64,000 nucleotides of DNA from Endomicrobiales bacterium (GCA_963796955.1 CAWCNJ010000005.1:200598-264597), one strand, 5' to 3'; counted from the first letter of the stretch, positions 29,559-42,478 are shown. Program-made: numbers and translations. Notes: generated from the letters alone by a model not told the origin.

Positions 29559-29864
29559 ATGCGCACGCGCCGCACGGAACTGGAAACATATACGGTCGGG
29601 ATAATGATCGGCATGTATTGCCGGGGGCGGCGCCATGCGTCTTCCGGACTGTGCGGGGATTGCACCGCGTTGCTGAATTATGCGCGACAACGTACGGCCA
29701 ACTGTCCGCATGGAGAAGCTAAACCGGCTTGCTCAGAATGCAGGATCCACTGTTACACTGCCGGCATGAGGGAAAAGATGCGCTCGGTAATGAAGTTTTG
29801 CGGGCCCCGTATGCTGCTGCTGCACCCGATACTTACGATCCGTCATTTTTTCAGACAGCCTTGA
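29559..29864 (+). CDS. YgbA (nitrous oxide-stimulated promoter) family protein
   Basis: MI.MYC..H..LC..C..CP..KP.C..C..HCY..GPRM. Confidence 0.88.
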   Translation: MRTRRTELETYTVGIMIGMYCRGRRHASSGLCGDCTALLNYARQRTANCPHGEAKPACSECRIHCYTAGMREKMRSVMKFCGPRMLLLHPILTIRHFFRQP

Positions 29865-29892
29865 GAGTATTACGATCTCGAAAAGGGGACCT

Positions 29893-30876
29893 ATGCGAAT
29901 CAGCTGCGCAGCGACCGTTGTTCTTATGCTGGCTCTGTGCCCTCAGCGCGGATTTTGCTTTGAAACCGCCTACAACGCCGGTGTAGAGAGCAAAATCATC
30001 CTGGTGAGCACGGTTACCGCCGCCGGCCAGCCGGTAGCGTATCCCTTGACGAGAAAACCCGAGGTCACCGCCATGAAAGTGGTGCTGCGTCCGGGGCAGG
30101 AAACGGGCTGGCACTACCACGCCGCGCCCGGGTACGCCTACCTGATCTCCGGTGAATTGACCGTCGACTATGAAGGCGCGCCGTCACGGGTTTTTAAGGC
30201 CGGCGAGGCTTATTGTGAAGCGGTCGATACGCCCCATAACGGAAAGAACAGCGGCAAAGAAGATACGGTCCTGGCGGTGTTCTTCACCGGTGTGCAGGGG
30301 CAGGAGCTTTCCAACACCGCCCAGCCGCCCAACCCCGCGTTGTCGACGGAAGGAATTGTTTTTACACTGCGGCCGAAACAACCCTGCGCCGTGGACAATA
30401 CACTGGCTGTAACTGCCTCCCGCATTGTTGAAAAAGTTCTGCCCGACTACGATTCTATCGTCAAGGTGTCGCTTGATGTTAATACGCCGGCGAAAAGCGG
30501 CTCGCTGCGCCTTACCTCCGATGGGCGCCGGATCATCTGGGAAGGGTATGAGTTCACTTATCTCGGCGGCTCTCCCCGGGAGGTGTACATCAGGGTGCTG
30601 AGGATACCGGAAGGCGAATATGTTCTGCTGCCGGAGAAACCCTGCAAGGTAGACGAACGGCTGAGCATAACCGCTACCGGCATTGTTGAGAAAACCATGC
30701 CGGCAAACAGCGCGCCGGTAATAAAGATCACGCTGTTGTTAAAAACGCCGGAAAAACGGCAAACCATAGAATTATCGTCTGATGATACCGGCTTCGTGTG
30801 GAATGGCTACGAAGTTCTGTATCAGGGCGGATGCATGGATGAGATACTGTTAAAGGTAAGGAAAACGGAGCAGTGA
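29893..30876 (+). CDS. Secreted cupin with duplicated C-terminal domain
   Basis: PG.ETGWH.H, E..H.G.N; two ~80-aa repeats. Confidence 0.8.
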   Translation: MRISCAATVVLMLALCPQRGFCFETAYNAGVESKIILVSTVTAAGQPVAYPLTRKPEVTAMKVVLRPGQETGWHYHAAPGYAYLISGELTVDYEGAPSRVFKAGEAYCEAVDTPHNGKNSGKEDTVLAVFFTGVQGQELSNTAQPPNPALSTEGIVFTLRPKQPCAVDNTLAVTASRIVEKVLPDYDSIVKVSLDVNTPAKSGSLRLTSDGRRIIWEGYEFTYLGGSPREVYIRVLRIPEGEYVLLPEKPCKVDERLSITATGIVEKTMPANSAPVIKITLLLKTPEKRQTIELSSDDTGFVWNGYEVLYQGGCMDEILLKVRKTEQ

Positions 30877-30897
30877 CCAACGCAGTGCAGGAGTTAT

Positions 30898-31263
30898 ATG
30901 GAGAAAAAAATATTTTATCAATGTTCATGCGGCTCGGTGTGGAAAACCAGGGAGGCTTTCCTTGCCGACAGTGATATTATCATCGCCGGGTACCAGGCGC
31001 TGCTGCGCCAGGTGCCGGAAGGCAGCTATCTGTTCGACCATGCCGCATGCCATACGACCTTCGCCGTGAAGGTGCAGGAGTTCCTGGCCCTGTGCACGGG
31101 CCCGGTTCACCGGCGCTCCAGGTTCAAGAGCCCGCAATGCAAGGGCTATTGCCTGGAAAAAAATATCCTGGAAGTGTGCGGAGCGGATTGCAGCAACGCG
31201 TGGGTGCGCGAGCTTATTAAGCTCATACGGGATTACCCCAAGACGGGTAAGAGAGTAACATAG
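30898..31263 (+). CDS. Cys-rich hypothetical protein
   Basis: CSC..W..FL.D, H..C.TT, C.GYCL..C..C. Confidence 0.7.
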   Translation: MEKKIFYQCSCGSVWKTREAFLADSDIIIAGYQALLRQVPEGSYLFDHAACHTTFAVKVQEFLALCTGPVHRRSRFKSPQCKGYCLEKNILEVCGADCSNAWVRELIKLIRDYPKTGKRVT

Positions 31264-31276
31264 TGCTATTTCGGTA

Positions 31277-31699
31277 TTGAGAGGGACAACCATGGGAAGA
31301 TTCGTCGTTAAATACATCAAGGAAAAGGATCTGTCCATCGCTGAACATTCGGGCGATTGCACCGTTGAGGACGTGGCGAACGGGATCAAAAAATATTACG
31401 AAGGCCCAACCTGCAAATTCGCTATCACTGATTTCACCAATACCAGCCCCGCCGGAAAAGTTACCGGCGAGGAAATATCGCACCTTTCGGAGTGCATGCA
31501 TAAAGCGAGCGCGGCCCGCACGCCGAACTCCTACGATCTGATAGTGGTGCCGGACCTGCTGATGTACGGCCTGGCCCGCATGTACGCGACCTATCTTAAC
31601 CTCAGCGCCAAAAACGAGACCGACCTTAAAACCGAAGTGTTCCACTCACTGGAAGACGCCCTGCATTGGGTTGATACCCGCATCAAACTCTCTCTTTAG
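31277..31699 (+). CDS. STAS/SEC14-like protein
   Basis: IVV..YGLARMY, F...A..W. Confidence 0.6.
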   Translation: MRGTTMGRFVVKYIKEKDLSIAEHSGDCTVEDVANGIKKYYEGPTCKFAITDFTNTSPAGKVTGEEISHLSECMHKASAARTPNSYDLIVVPDLLMYGLARMYATYLNLSAKNETDLKTEVFHSLEDALHWVDTRIKLSL

Positions 31700-31832
31700 A
31701 CACCGGTTATACACACCGCCGGCGGCAATGTGACGTATGTGAATAGGGGCCATGAAGATAGCGGTCACTATTGACTCAATACCCTCATTTGCATACAATC
31801 CACGTAAGGCGCTTTAATGACGGGGGGAAGGT

Positions 31833-33404
<1,572 letters not shown>

Positions 33405-33453
33405 TATAACGAGACGAAGGACGCGCCGGTCTTACTGACCACGCTATAAGATA

Positions 33454-33483
33454 AGCCGCGGCTGCCGCCGCGGCTGTTTTTTT
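33454..33483 (+). terminator. Intrinsic terminator
   Basis: AGCCGCGGC..GCCGCGGCT plus T-run. Confidence 0.75.
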
Positions 33484-33616
33484 GGCAGGTATACTCAGCG
33501 ATTTCGAAAAGCCATAGTGGTAAACAGGTCAGTGCCTGTTATTGAAAAACAATAAACTTCTTAATACCATTATGCGGCGGCTTAGCTGCCGGGAATTCTC
33601 ATACATGGGGGGAGTA

Positions 33617-33841
33617 ATGAAAAAGGAAGAGTTCTGTAAGAAATTGGCTGAAGCTCTGGATGTTGAAAATGCCGGTTTTGACCAGCACGCAAGCTTACAG
33701 GAGCTGGATTCTTTGGCTGTTATGTCGATAATAGCGGTTGTGGATGAAAGCGTTCAAAAGAAGCTTTCCGCGGCGGAATTGATGAGTTTAACAACCGTGG
33801 GAAGCCTGATGGAAAAGATAGGGTGGCAGGAATTCGCCTGA
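33617..33841 (+). CDS. Acyl carrier protein
   Basis: LDSL motif, TV..L; acidic, 74 aa. Confidence 0.85.
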   Translation: MKKEEFCKKLAEALDVENAGFDQHASLQELDSLAVMSIIAVVDESVQKKLSAAELMSLTTVGSLMEKIGWQEFA

Positions 33842-33844
33842 GCC

Positions 33845-34597
33845 ATGATCTCCTTACAAGACAGGCATATTGTAGTGACGGGAGCCTCGTCGGGGATCGG
33901 CCGCGAGTGCGCGCTCAAAGCCAGTAAGGCGGGGGCACATGTTACGTTGATCGGCCGGAACATTGAAAGGCTGCAAAAGACACTGGATGATTCCGATAAA
34001 GGCGATCACGCGTTCTATCCCTGCGACCTTACGCAGTATGAACAAATTGAAAGCGTAATAGAGAACGCCGTCAAGCGCGCCGGGCCCGTTTCGGGCGTAG
34101 TACACAGCGCCGGTATGGAGATGACGGTGCCGCTGCGTAACATGAACGCCGCGGCCTACGATCGCCTATTCGCGGTGAACGTTTTCTCGGCATTTGAAGT
34201 TTCCAGGATCGTAACGAAGGCGAAATATCTGTCTTCGGGCGGCGCCAGCATTGTTTTTATCAGTTCGGTGATGGGCGTTATCGGTAAGCCCGGAAAAGCC
34301 GGGTATTGCAGTACGAAAGCCGCTTTGCTGGGCGGCGCGCGGGCGCTCGCCCTTGAGCTGGCCGGTAAAAAGGTGCGGATTAACAGCGTCCTGCCCGGGG
34401 TTGTTTCGTCGGAAATGTCTGAAAACATGTTCAGCTCTTTGCCGCAGCCGTCCAGGGACGCTATCACTGCGGCGCATCCGCTGGGGATCGGCAAAACAGC
34501 AGATGTAGCTAACGCCTGCGTGTTCCTGCTGTCTGAACTTGCGTCGTGGATAACAGGGGCCGAGCTGGTGGTGGACGGGGGTTACAGCGCGCAGTAA
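33845..34597 (+). CDS. SDR oxidoreductase (FabG-like)
   Basis: TGASSGIG, YCSTK, VDGG. Confidence 0.92.
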   Translation: MISLQDRHIVVTGASSGIGRECALKASKAGAHVTLIGRNIERLQKTLDDSDKGDHAFYPCDLTQYEQIESVIENAVKRAGPVSGVVHSAGMEMTVPLRNMNAAAYDRLFAVNVFSAFEVSRIVTKAKYLSSGGASIVFISSVMGVIGKPGKAGYCSTKAALLGGARALALELAGKKVRINSVLPGVVSSEMSENMFSSLPQPSRDAITAAHPLGIGKTADVANACVFLLSELASWITGAELVVDGGYSAQ

Positions 34598-34612
34598 AGC
34601 AAGGGGGATGCA

Positions 34613-35236
34613 ATGGGCGTGTTAAGCGCGATCGTGGGGATATACAGGAGCTTTAGTGAAAAGATAGAGCTGAACAAATACAATGATTTTACCATCGCCG
34701 AGTACCTGCGGAAAAAGGGCGCCAGGATAGGCGACAACTGTTGCATCTGCATACGCGACCTGGGCAGCGAGCCGTTCCTGATAAAAATAGGGAATAATGT
34801 AAGCATATCGTCGGGCGTCGGCCTGGTGACCCATAACATCGCCTGGGGTTTTCGCAATGTGATACCGGACCTGCAGGCATTCGGGAAGGTAGAAATAGAG
34901 GACAATTGCAGCATCGGTGCGGGCGCGGTCATACTGCCCGGCGTAACGGTCGGCAGGAATTCTATAATCGGCGCGGGCGTTGTCGTTTCAAGGAGCGTGC
35001 CGGCGGACTCCGTGGTATTGAGCGGTCGGCCCACCGTATGCAAAGGTATGGTACATGAGTATTTTGAATTTATACGTGAGAAATGGAAACAGCAAAAACC
35101 CGAAGGATACCTGAGCGACTACGAGAAAGAAAAAAGTAAAAGCCAGGTGAAACTCCACGAGTATCGCAACAGGCCGCACAATAAACGGCTTTTAAGGGAA
35201 CACCTTGAAAAAGTCATGTGGGGAGGTGCGCAGTGA
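34613..35236 (+). CDS. Hexapeptide-repeat acyltransferase
   Basis: EPFLI.IG.NV, ILPGVTVG. Confidence 0.88.
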   Translation: MGVLSAIVGIYRSFSEKIELNKYNDFTIAEYLRKKGARIGDNCCICIRDLGSEPFLIKIGNNVSISSGVGLVTHNIAWGFRNVIPDLQAFGKVEIEDNCSIGAGAVILPGVTVGRNSIIGAGVVVSRSVPADSVVLSGRPTVCKGMVHEYFEFIREKWKQQKPEGYLSDYEKEKSKSQVKLHEYRNRPHNKRLLREHLEKVMWGGAQ

Positions 35237-36237
35237 GCGAGGCAAAAATAGCCGAGGTAGCGTACTATTTGCCCGAAACGGTCTTGACTAACGACGAGCT
35301 TGCCATGCAATTTGGCCGGTGGGAGGCGGCGACCATTGAAAATAAGATCGGCATAAGAAACCGCCACATCGCCGGGAAAGACGAGACCGCGCTTGATATG
35401 GCGCGCGCCGCCTCAGAAAAAGTATTCAGGGAATATGACAAACATAAGATCGATTTTCTGGTCCTGTGTACGCAAAGCCCCGATTACTATCTGCCTACAT
35501 CCGCCTGCATCCTGCAAGATATGCTGGCCCTGCCAAGCAGCGTCGGCGCCTTTGATTATAATCTGGGGTGCTCGGGCTATGTGTACGGGCTCGGTATAGC
35601 AGGCGGCCTTATTGCCGCCGGTATCGCGCGCTCCGTGCTGTTGGTAATGAGCGAAACGTATTCAAAACATATTCACCCGGGGGATCTGGGCAACCGTACC
35701 ATTTTCGGCGACGGCGCCGCCGCGACCATCGTAGATGCGTCGGAGGAAAAAAGCCTGGGTTCCTTTGTGTTCGGCACCAACGGTAAAGGTATGCGCAACC
35801 TGATAGTGCCGAACGGCGGCCTGCGCGCCAGATACAATAAAGACGACGCGCTGATAACGGACCAGTCCGGGAATATGAGAACGGGCAACGACCTGTACAT
35901 GAACGGTCCCGAAATATTCAATTTTACGATAGAGACCGTGCCGCTGGCGGTAGCGGCAGCGCTGGAAAAGAATAAGATACGCCTGGAAGACCTTGACTAC
36001 GTGATATTCCACCAGGCGAACAGCTATATGATAAACCATTTACGAAAAAAGCTGAAGATACCCGCGGAAAAATTCTATGACGATATTCTGGAAACCGGTA
36101 ATACGGTGTCTGCGACTATCCCGATAGCCTTAAAGAACGCCCTGGACAACGGCACTCTGGAAAAAGGGGACACGGTGCTGCTGTGCGGCTTCGGCGTCGG
36201 CTTTTCCTGGGGCGCCACGGTCATAACTATCAGGTGA
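35233..36237 (+). CDS. Ketoacyl-ACP synthase III family
   Basis: NLGCSG, FGDG, HQAN, GNT, GFGVG.SWG. Confidence 0.93.
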   Translation: MSEAKIAEVAYYLPETVLTNDELAMQFGRWEAATIENKIGIRNRHIAGKDETALDMARAASEKVFREYDKHKIDFLVLCTQSPDYYLPTSACILQDMLALPSSVGAFDYNLGCSGYVYGLGIAGGLIAAGIARSVLLVMSETYSKHIHPGDLGNRTIFGDGAAATIVDASEEKSLGSFVFGTNGKGMRNLIVPNGGLRARYNKDDALITDQSGNMRTGNDLYMNGPEIFNFTIETVPLAVAAALEKNKIRLEDLDYVIFHQANSYMINHLRKKLKIPAEKFYDDILETGNTVSATIPIALKNALDNGTLEKGDTVLLCGFGVGFSWGATVITIR

Positions 36238-36238
36238 C

Positions 36239-36670
36239 CTATACGGCAACCAGGTTCAGGGCCGATTCTATAAGCGCAAGATGGCGCCGTTCCTCGCTGT
36301 AGTTTACCTGCAGTAGTCCTTTTATGTCACCGGGAAGATCCATTTCAGATGTCTGCCTGTAGCGCTTATTGGTCAGTTTCTCATAGAGGCGCATCGCCTC
36401 AAGCGCCGCTTTTGTGCCGAAAACACTGTTGAGCGCTTTAAAGCCTTCGGTCATAGGTACCTGCTCCTGCGCGTACGGATCACCGCCCAGATTTTTGCTT
36501 ATCTGCGTCAGCGCCGCGAGATGGTGTTGATGGTCTTTTTTGATCTGCTGCAGGTCGGTGCGTATTTTGATATCGGTAACCTTATTAATGGCCTGGTCGT
36601 AAGCGCCCACTGTTGAGGATTCCAGTTTGAAAAGCGCGTCGATCTCTATAAGGATCTCATTATTTTCCAT
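36239..36670 (-). CDS. Ferritin-like DUF2383-type protein
   Basis: AYDQAI, DH..H, E..TN, EERRH; paralog of 42562. Confidence 0.8.
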   Translation of the reverse strand: MENNEILIEIDALFKLESSTVGAYDQAINKVTDIKIRTDLQQIKKDHQHHLAALTQISKNLGGDPYAQEQVPMTEGFKALNSVFGTKAALEAMRLYEKLTNKRYRQTSEMDLPGDIKGLLQVNYSEERRHLALIESALNLVAV

Positions 36671-36699
36671 AAGCTGCTCCTCCGTGCGATATTTTGCTT

Positions 36700-39600
36700 C
36701 TATTCTTTTAATGCACGCCCGCCAGCTCCCTTTCTTTCCTGGCCGGCGCAAGCGGCGCTTCCTCCGGGAACTCGGTTTCCTCTCTGCGCTCGATGGCAAG
36801 CAGCAGATACATTGCCGGCACAACGAACAGGGTGAACAGCGTTCCGATGGAAATACCCGTACATGATCACCAGCCCCATGTTGAAGCGGCTTGCCGCCCC
36901 GGCGCCGGAAGACATCACCAGCGGCACAACGCCCAGCACGGTCGCCGCCGTCGTCATAAGTATCGGGCGCAGGCGGATGGTGGAAGCGGCTACTATCGCC
37001 TCGTAATTTGCTTCAAGCCTTCACGCTGCTGGTCGTTGGCGAACTGCACGATTAAAATACCGTGTTTGCTTATCAGGCCTATCAGCGTTACCAGGCCCAC
37101 CTCCGTATAGATGTTCAGGCTCGCGCCGCCGACCCCCAGAGAGATGAACATCATCGCCCCGCAGATGGACATCGGCACGCTGATAAGCACGATCAGCGGG
37201 TCGCGGAAACTTTCGAACAGCGCCGACAGCGCCAGAAAAATAACGATCAGAGAAAAGAAAAATGTCAACACCAGCGCGCTCGATTCCTGCACGAACTGGC
37301 GTGACTCGCCGCTGTAGTCCACCGAGTAGCCGGGCGGCAGCGATCTTTTTGCAATGCCCTGCAGGGCGGCAAGCGCTGTGCCGAGCGTGACGCCGGGCGC
37401 CGGCACCGCCGATATCGTGGCCGAGTTCAACTGCTGGAAGTGGTTTATGGATTCCGGCTCAACGCTTCTTTTTAATGAGGCCACGGTAGATACGGGCACC
37501 GTCTGGCCGCCGGCGACCGAAATATAATATTCCGTTAAGCTGTTCCGCGGTTCAGGCGGTGAGCGCTGCATGACCTGCGGTATCACCTTATACGAGCGCC
37601 GCCCATGCTGAAATAATTCACGTAGCCGCCGCCCAGCATTTTAGCCAGGGCGCCGCCCACGTCGCTCATGGTAAGGCCCAGCAGCGCTGTCATATCCCTG
37701 TTGATCTCGACGCTGATCTGCGGTTTGTCTATCTTAAGGTCGGAATCCACATACGTGAACAGGCCGGTGTTGCGCGCCTGTTCTTCAATATCGTCGGAAA
37801 CAGAGTTGAGCCGGTCAAAAGATTCCGTGGTCAGCACCACGAACTGCACCGGCAGCCCGCTGCCCCGAACCGGGCAGCGGGCGGCGGCTGAAAGCAGACC
37901 CCCTTCAGGCCGGTTATCCCATCCAGTTCTTTCTGCACCAGCGGTTGCAGGGCGGCCGCGCTGCGCTTTCGCGCATCCCAGGGTTTAAGCACCAGTCCTG
38001 CGATGCCGGAATTAAGACCCTGAATACCTTCGAACTGGAAGATATGGTCTTGCTCGGGAAATTTCGATAGTTGCTGAATACGCCTGGCGGGTATACAACC
38101 GCGTCTGCGCGAGCGAGGCGTTCGGCGCGCCCTGCAGGGAACTGATGATCACCCCCTGGTCTTCCTGCGGTGCCAGTTCATTCTTAGATGTGGTGAACAG
38201 AAAATAATTACTGAGCAGGATGATGGCCGCGAAAACCACGATCACCGGCAGATATTTCAGCGCGCCGAGCAGGACGTCGCCGTAACCGCGTTCCTTAATT
38301 TCTCGAATTGCCGGGTTACCAGATCCTCAAAACCCGCTTTTTTTCTGCCGGCTTTCGGCTGTAAGAACCGGGCGCTCATCATCGGCGAAAGCGTCAGCGC
38401 TATTATCGCTGATATAGCCACGGCACCCGCTAACGTGTAGGCGAACTCGGTAAACAGCGCGCCCGTAAGGCCGCCCATGAAACCGATAGGAATATAGACC
38501 GCGATAAGCACGACGGACATGGCGACGATGGGCCCGGCCAGTTCCCGCGCCGCATCCAGTGCGGCCTGCATGGGCGTCGCGCCGTGCTCTATGTGGCGCT
38601 GAGTATTTTCCACCACGATGATCGCGTCATCCACTACCAGCCCAATAGCCAGTACCAGCGACAGTAAGGTCAGCAGATTGATGGTGTAGCCGAGGACCAG
38701 CATAATAAAAAATGCCCCGATCAGCGAAAGGGGAATGGCGATAGTCGGGATGATAACGGAGCGCCCGGAGCCGAGCGTTAAAAATATAACGGCCGTTACT
38801 ATCAACAGCGCTTCCACGATAGTGGTAATGACCTCGCGGATGGAGGAATCCACATAGCGCGTCGCGTCGTAGACTATGCGCCCGCTCAACCCCGCGGGCA
38901 GCTGCTCTTGAACGGAGGGGAATACCTTGCGCACGCCCTTGGCCACCGTCAGCAGGTTGGCAGAGGGCGCCACCTGAATGCCGATAAAGACCGCGCTTTG
39001 CCCGTCGAATGAAACGGCGGTGTCGTAATCGTCCGCGCCCAGCGTTACATTCGCAACGTCGCCCAGTCTCACTATGGCGCCGCCGGCGGATTTTATGGCC
39101 ATGTTCCTGAATTCGTCGGCGGAATGCATACCGGTAGCCGCCGTCAGCTCTACCACCACCATGGAACCCTTGGTCCGCCCGACGGCCGAGATGAAATCGT
39201 TCGATGTCAGCGCGTTGTTGACGTCCGTGGCGGTAACGCCGTGCGCTGCCATTTTGGCGGGATCCAGCCACGCGCGCAGGGCGAATTGCCGCTCGCCCAG
39301 TATCTCCGCCGTCTGCACGCCGGGCACCGTCTGCAGGCGCGGCTGCACCACGCGTATCAGATAATCGGTTATCTTGTTCGTGGGAAGAGCGGTGCTGTAA
39401 AAGCCGATGTACATGGAATCTATCGTCTCGCCGGTCTGCAATGTCAAGACGGGCTGCTGCGCTTCCCGCGGGAGCTGGTTAAGCACCGCGTTCACTTTGG
39501 CCGATATTTCCGTCAACGCTTTGTCTGCGTCGTAATTAAGGCGCAGGTAGGCCTGGATGGTGCTGACACCGAGCAGGCTTGTCGACGAAAGGTAGTCTAT

Positions 39601-39828
39601 CCCGCTGGCCTGGGAGATGGCGGTCTCCAGCGGCGTGGTGATAAAGCCCGCTACCAGCGCGGGGTCCGCCCCGAAATAGGTTGTGGAAACCGTGACGACC
39701 GCGTTCTGTGTCACCGGATATTGCCGCGCCGGCAGCAGCCCGATGGAGCGCAGGCCCAAAACCAGTATCAGCAGGCTGACAACGGTCGCAAGCACGGGAC
39801 GTCTGATAAAAAGGTCGGTGAATTTCAT
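36700..39828 (-). pseudogene. RND efflux permease (MexW/MexI type) broken by several frameshifts
   Basis: FIRRPV, GLVVDDAI, PQEDQG, FES..P, KHGILIV, MTT spread over ORFs 38257, 38012, 37583, 36993 and 36700. Confidence 0.88.
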
Positions 39829-39829
39829 A

Positions 39830-40930
39830 TTACTCGTCTTCCGCTTTGGGCGCGGCATCAAAGGCGGGCTGGATCGTGTTGTTTATGGCTACCGGGCTGC
39901 CGTTGCGCAGTTTCAGCTGGCCCGCGGTTACGACGGTGTCGCCTTCTTTGATGCCGCTGACAATGGCCACCTGGTCGCCGCGTGTAGTGCCCGTTACCAC
40001 CAGCGCCTGCTTGGCACGGCCGTTCTCTATCAGGTACACCACATCGCCGTACGGATTATAGGTTACGGCAGTCTGCGGCAGGGTAAGCAATTGCTCGGGT
40101 TTTCCCACCTGCAATTCCACGGTGGCGTACATACCCGGCAGCAGCAGGTGCCGGGTATTTTTCACCGTCGCCTCGATCCGAATATTGCGCGTGGCAGGAT
40201 CAACGTTGGGATCTATGCAGGTGATGGTGCCGCTTGAGACGTCCTGCGGGTAGGCGTTGACCGTGTAAACAACCGTTTGCCCTACGGCTATTTCTGCGAC
40301 GCGCTGCTGCGGCAGGTAAAAGTCCAGATACAGATTGTCCAGCGACTGCAGGCTTACGATTGGGGTGCCCGGGTTAATGAACTGGCCGGGGTTGATGTCA
40401 TTTATCCCAAGTTTACCGTCGAAGGGGGCGCTAATGCTCTTTTTAGCGACAAGCTCTTTTTGTTGCAGAGCCTGCGCGAGTTTGCTTTTTGCGTCGGAAG
40501 TCGCCGCATCCAGCGCCTCCCGGCTGATGGCTTGCGCCTTAAACTGTTTTTTGTCGCGTTCCCATACTGTTGCGGCCTGCCGGGCCTGTATCTCCAGAGA
40601 ATGCAGCAGCGCGATATCGGAATCCGCGTTCAGTTGTACCAGCAGGCTGCCCTTTTTCACGATATCACCGGGCTTAAAATGAATGCTCTGCACAATGCCG
40701 GCTACCTCGCTCGTCACAAAAACGCCGCTGATCGCCCGGGTGCTGCCCACGGCTTTCAGCTGCGGCTGCCAGGTTTGGTAGCCGCTTTTCATAGCGGATA
40801 CCGCTATGGGTTTATCCTTGAAAGAACCCATGTATTTTTTTGCCATCATCGCGCCGAAAGATTTATACCCGAAGACACCGCCGAACACCAGCGCCGTGAC
40901 CGCGAGCATGATAAGCATACGTTTAGTCAT
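39830..40930 (-). CDS. RND periplasmic adaptor
   Basis: G.V..I.F..G..V.KG, I.APFDG, L.PGM. Confidence 0.92.
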   Translation of the reverse strand: MTKRMLIMLAVTALVFGGVFGYKSFGAMMAKKYMGSFKDKPIAVSAMKSGYQTWQPQLKAVGSTRAISGVFVTSEVAGIVQSIHFKPGDIVKKGSLLVQLNADSDIALLHSLEIQARQAATVWERDKKQFKAQAISREALDAATSDAKSKLAQALQQKELVAKKSISAPFDGKLGINDINPGQFINPGTPIVSLQSLDNLYLDFYLPQQRVAEIAVGQTVVYTVNAYPQDVSSGTITCIDPNVDPATRNIRIEATVKNTRHLLLPGMYATVELQVGKPEQLLTLPQTAVTYNPYGDVVYLIENGRAKQALVVTGTTRGDQVAIVSGIKEGDTVVTAGQLKLRNGSPVAINNTIQPAFDAAPKAEDE

Positions 40931-42377
40931 TGTTCCACCATCCGCCGCCCAGCGCCTGAAAAAGCGCGGCCGTATCGGCATAGAGCGCCGCCTGGGCCTG
41001 GACGAAATTAAGATAAGCTTCCTGGTACTGCTGCTGCGCGCTTAAAAGGCTCGGGTAACTTATCGCGCCGAGTTCAAAACGGGTCTGCGTAAGATCGACG
41101 GTCTTCCGCGCCGTCTGTTGTGCTTCCGTTCGCAGGGCAAGGGTTTCCGTATCGCTGTTAAGAGCCCGCAAGGCGTCAGCGACATTTTGGAACGCGATAA
41201 GCACGGTCTGTCGGTATTGCGACGCTGCCTGCTCATAGGCATCTGCCGCCGCCCGCCGCTTTGCCGTAAGCTCTCCGCCGTGATAGACCGCCTGCTGTAG
41301 GGAAAGCCCGTAGGCCCAGGTGTTGGTCTCATCCTTGAAGAGCGTGTCGGCAGAGTCCGCCTGCCAGCCGTAGTTGGCTGTTAAAGAAATGTTCGGCAGC
41401 AATTTCGCCGCGCTGACCCCGATCTGCGCGGAAGCCTGATGCAAAAGAGATTCCTGGGCGCGCACATCCGGCCGGTGCCGTACCAGCTGCGCCGGTACGC
41501 TGAGCGGTAATTTTTCCGGCAGGGTAAATTGCTCCAGGCTGAATTGCGGCAGCGCGGCCGCCTGCGATGGCAGTATGCCGCACAGAACGGCCAGCTGCGT
41601 GTGTGCTTGTTCAAGCGTTTTTTGCAGCTGCGGCATTTGCGCCCTGGACTGGGCCAGCAATGTCTGCTGCGCCAGCACGTCCGGCTGGGCCGCGGCACCC
41701 GCGCTTACACGGCTGCGGATCACCGTCAGCTGGGTTTCTTCGTCGGCGATTATCTGCTCGGTGGCCGTTATCTGCGCCCGTAACGAGGCTTCACGCACGG
41801 CGGTGGTCACGATGTTCGCGGTAAGCGCCAAGTGCGCCGCCTTCAGCTGAAAGTCCTGATAGTCCTCGAGCGCCTTAAGCGTTTCCACCTGCCTGCGGCT
41901 GCCGCCGAAAACATCGAACGTATAGGAAACGTTGACCGATGCGTTATACAAGTCAAAAACCGTCGTTCCCAGGGCGGGGATGCCGAAAGAGGTGCCGTTG
42001 AATTTCTGGCGCATCGCCGAAAGCGTTGCATCGACGGCCGGATAATAGAGCGCGTCTGTCTGGGCCCGTCTCTGCGCCTGCGCATTTTTCAGGGCCGCGC
42101 GTGCGGCTGAAAGGGTCGGGCTGTTGTCCAGCGCCGTGCGGATCAGGGCATCAAGGGGTGCGCAGCGGAACAGTTCCCACCACTGCGCCGGCAGGTCGGC
42201 ATCCGGTTCAAAGCTTTGTGCCCCGGGGGCCGTTGCCGCATGCGCTGTCGTCGCGGGAAGCTTTTCAGCGGTATAAGAAGAACCTATATCCGGCGTTTTC
42301 GGCGAAGCGAAGCGCGGCCCGGCCGCGCACCCGGCTAAAAACACTGCATTCATAAGGATAATGAGTTGGTAGTTCAT
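40923..42377 (-). CDS. Efflux outer-membrane lipoprotein (TolC/OprM family)
   Basis: LAGC, WW..F, RPDV, QALGGGW. Confidence 0.93.
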   Translation of the reverse strand: MNYQLIILMNAVFLAGCAAGPRFASPKTPDIGSSYTAEKLPATTAHAATAPGAQSFEPDADLPAQWWELFRCAPLDALIRTALDNSPTLSAARAALKNAQAQRRAQTDALYYPAVDATLSAMRQKFNGTSFGIPALGTTVFDLYNASVNVSYTFDVFGGSRRQVETLKALEDYQDFQLKAAHLALTANIVTTAVREASLRAQITATEQIIADEETQLTVIRSRVSAGAAAQPDVLAQQTLLAQSRAQMPQLQKTLEQAHTQLAVLCGILPSQAAALPQFSLEQFTLPEKLPLSVPAQLVRHRPDVRAQESLLHQASAQIGVSAAKLLPNISLTANYGWQADSADTLFKDETNTWAYGLSLQQAVYHGGELTAKRRAAADAYEQAASQYRQTVLIAFQNVADALRALNSDTETLALRTEAQQTARKTVDLTQTRFELGAISYPSLLSAQQQYQEAYLNFVQAQAALYADTAALFQALGGGWWNND

Positions 42378-42478
42378 ATATGTGACCTACCTTACCATAC
42401 TGGAAGGCCGCATGAAATGACTTCCGTTATAGAAATACTGTCCGCACATTCCGGTCAACGGCTCCTGCAGATGCGGCG

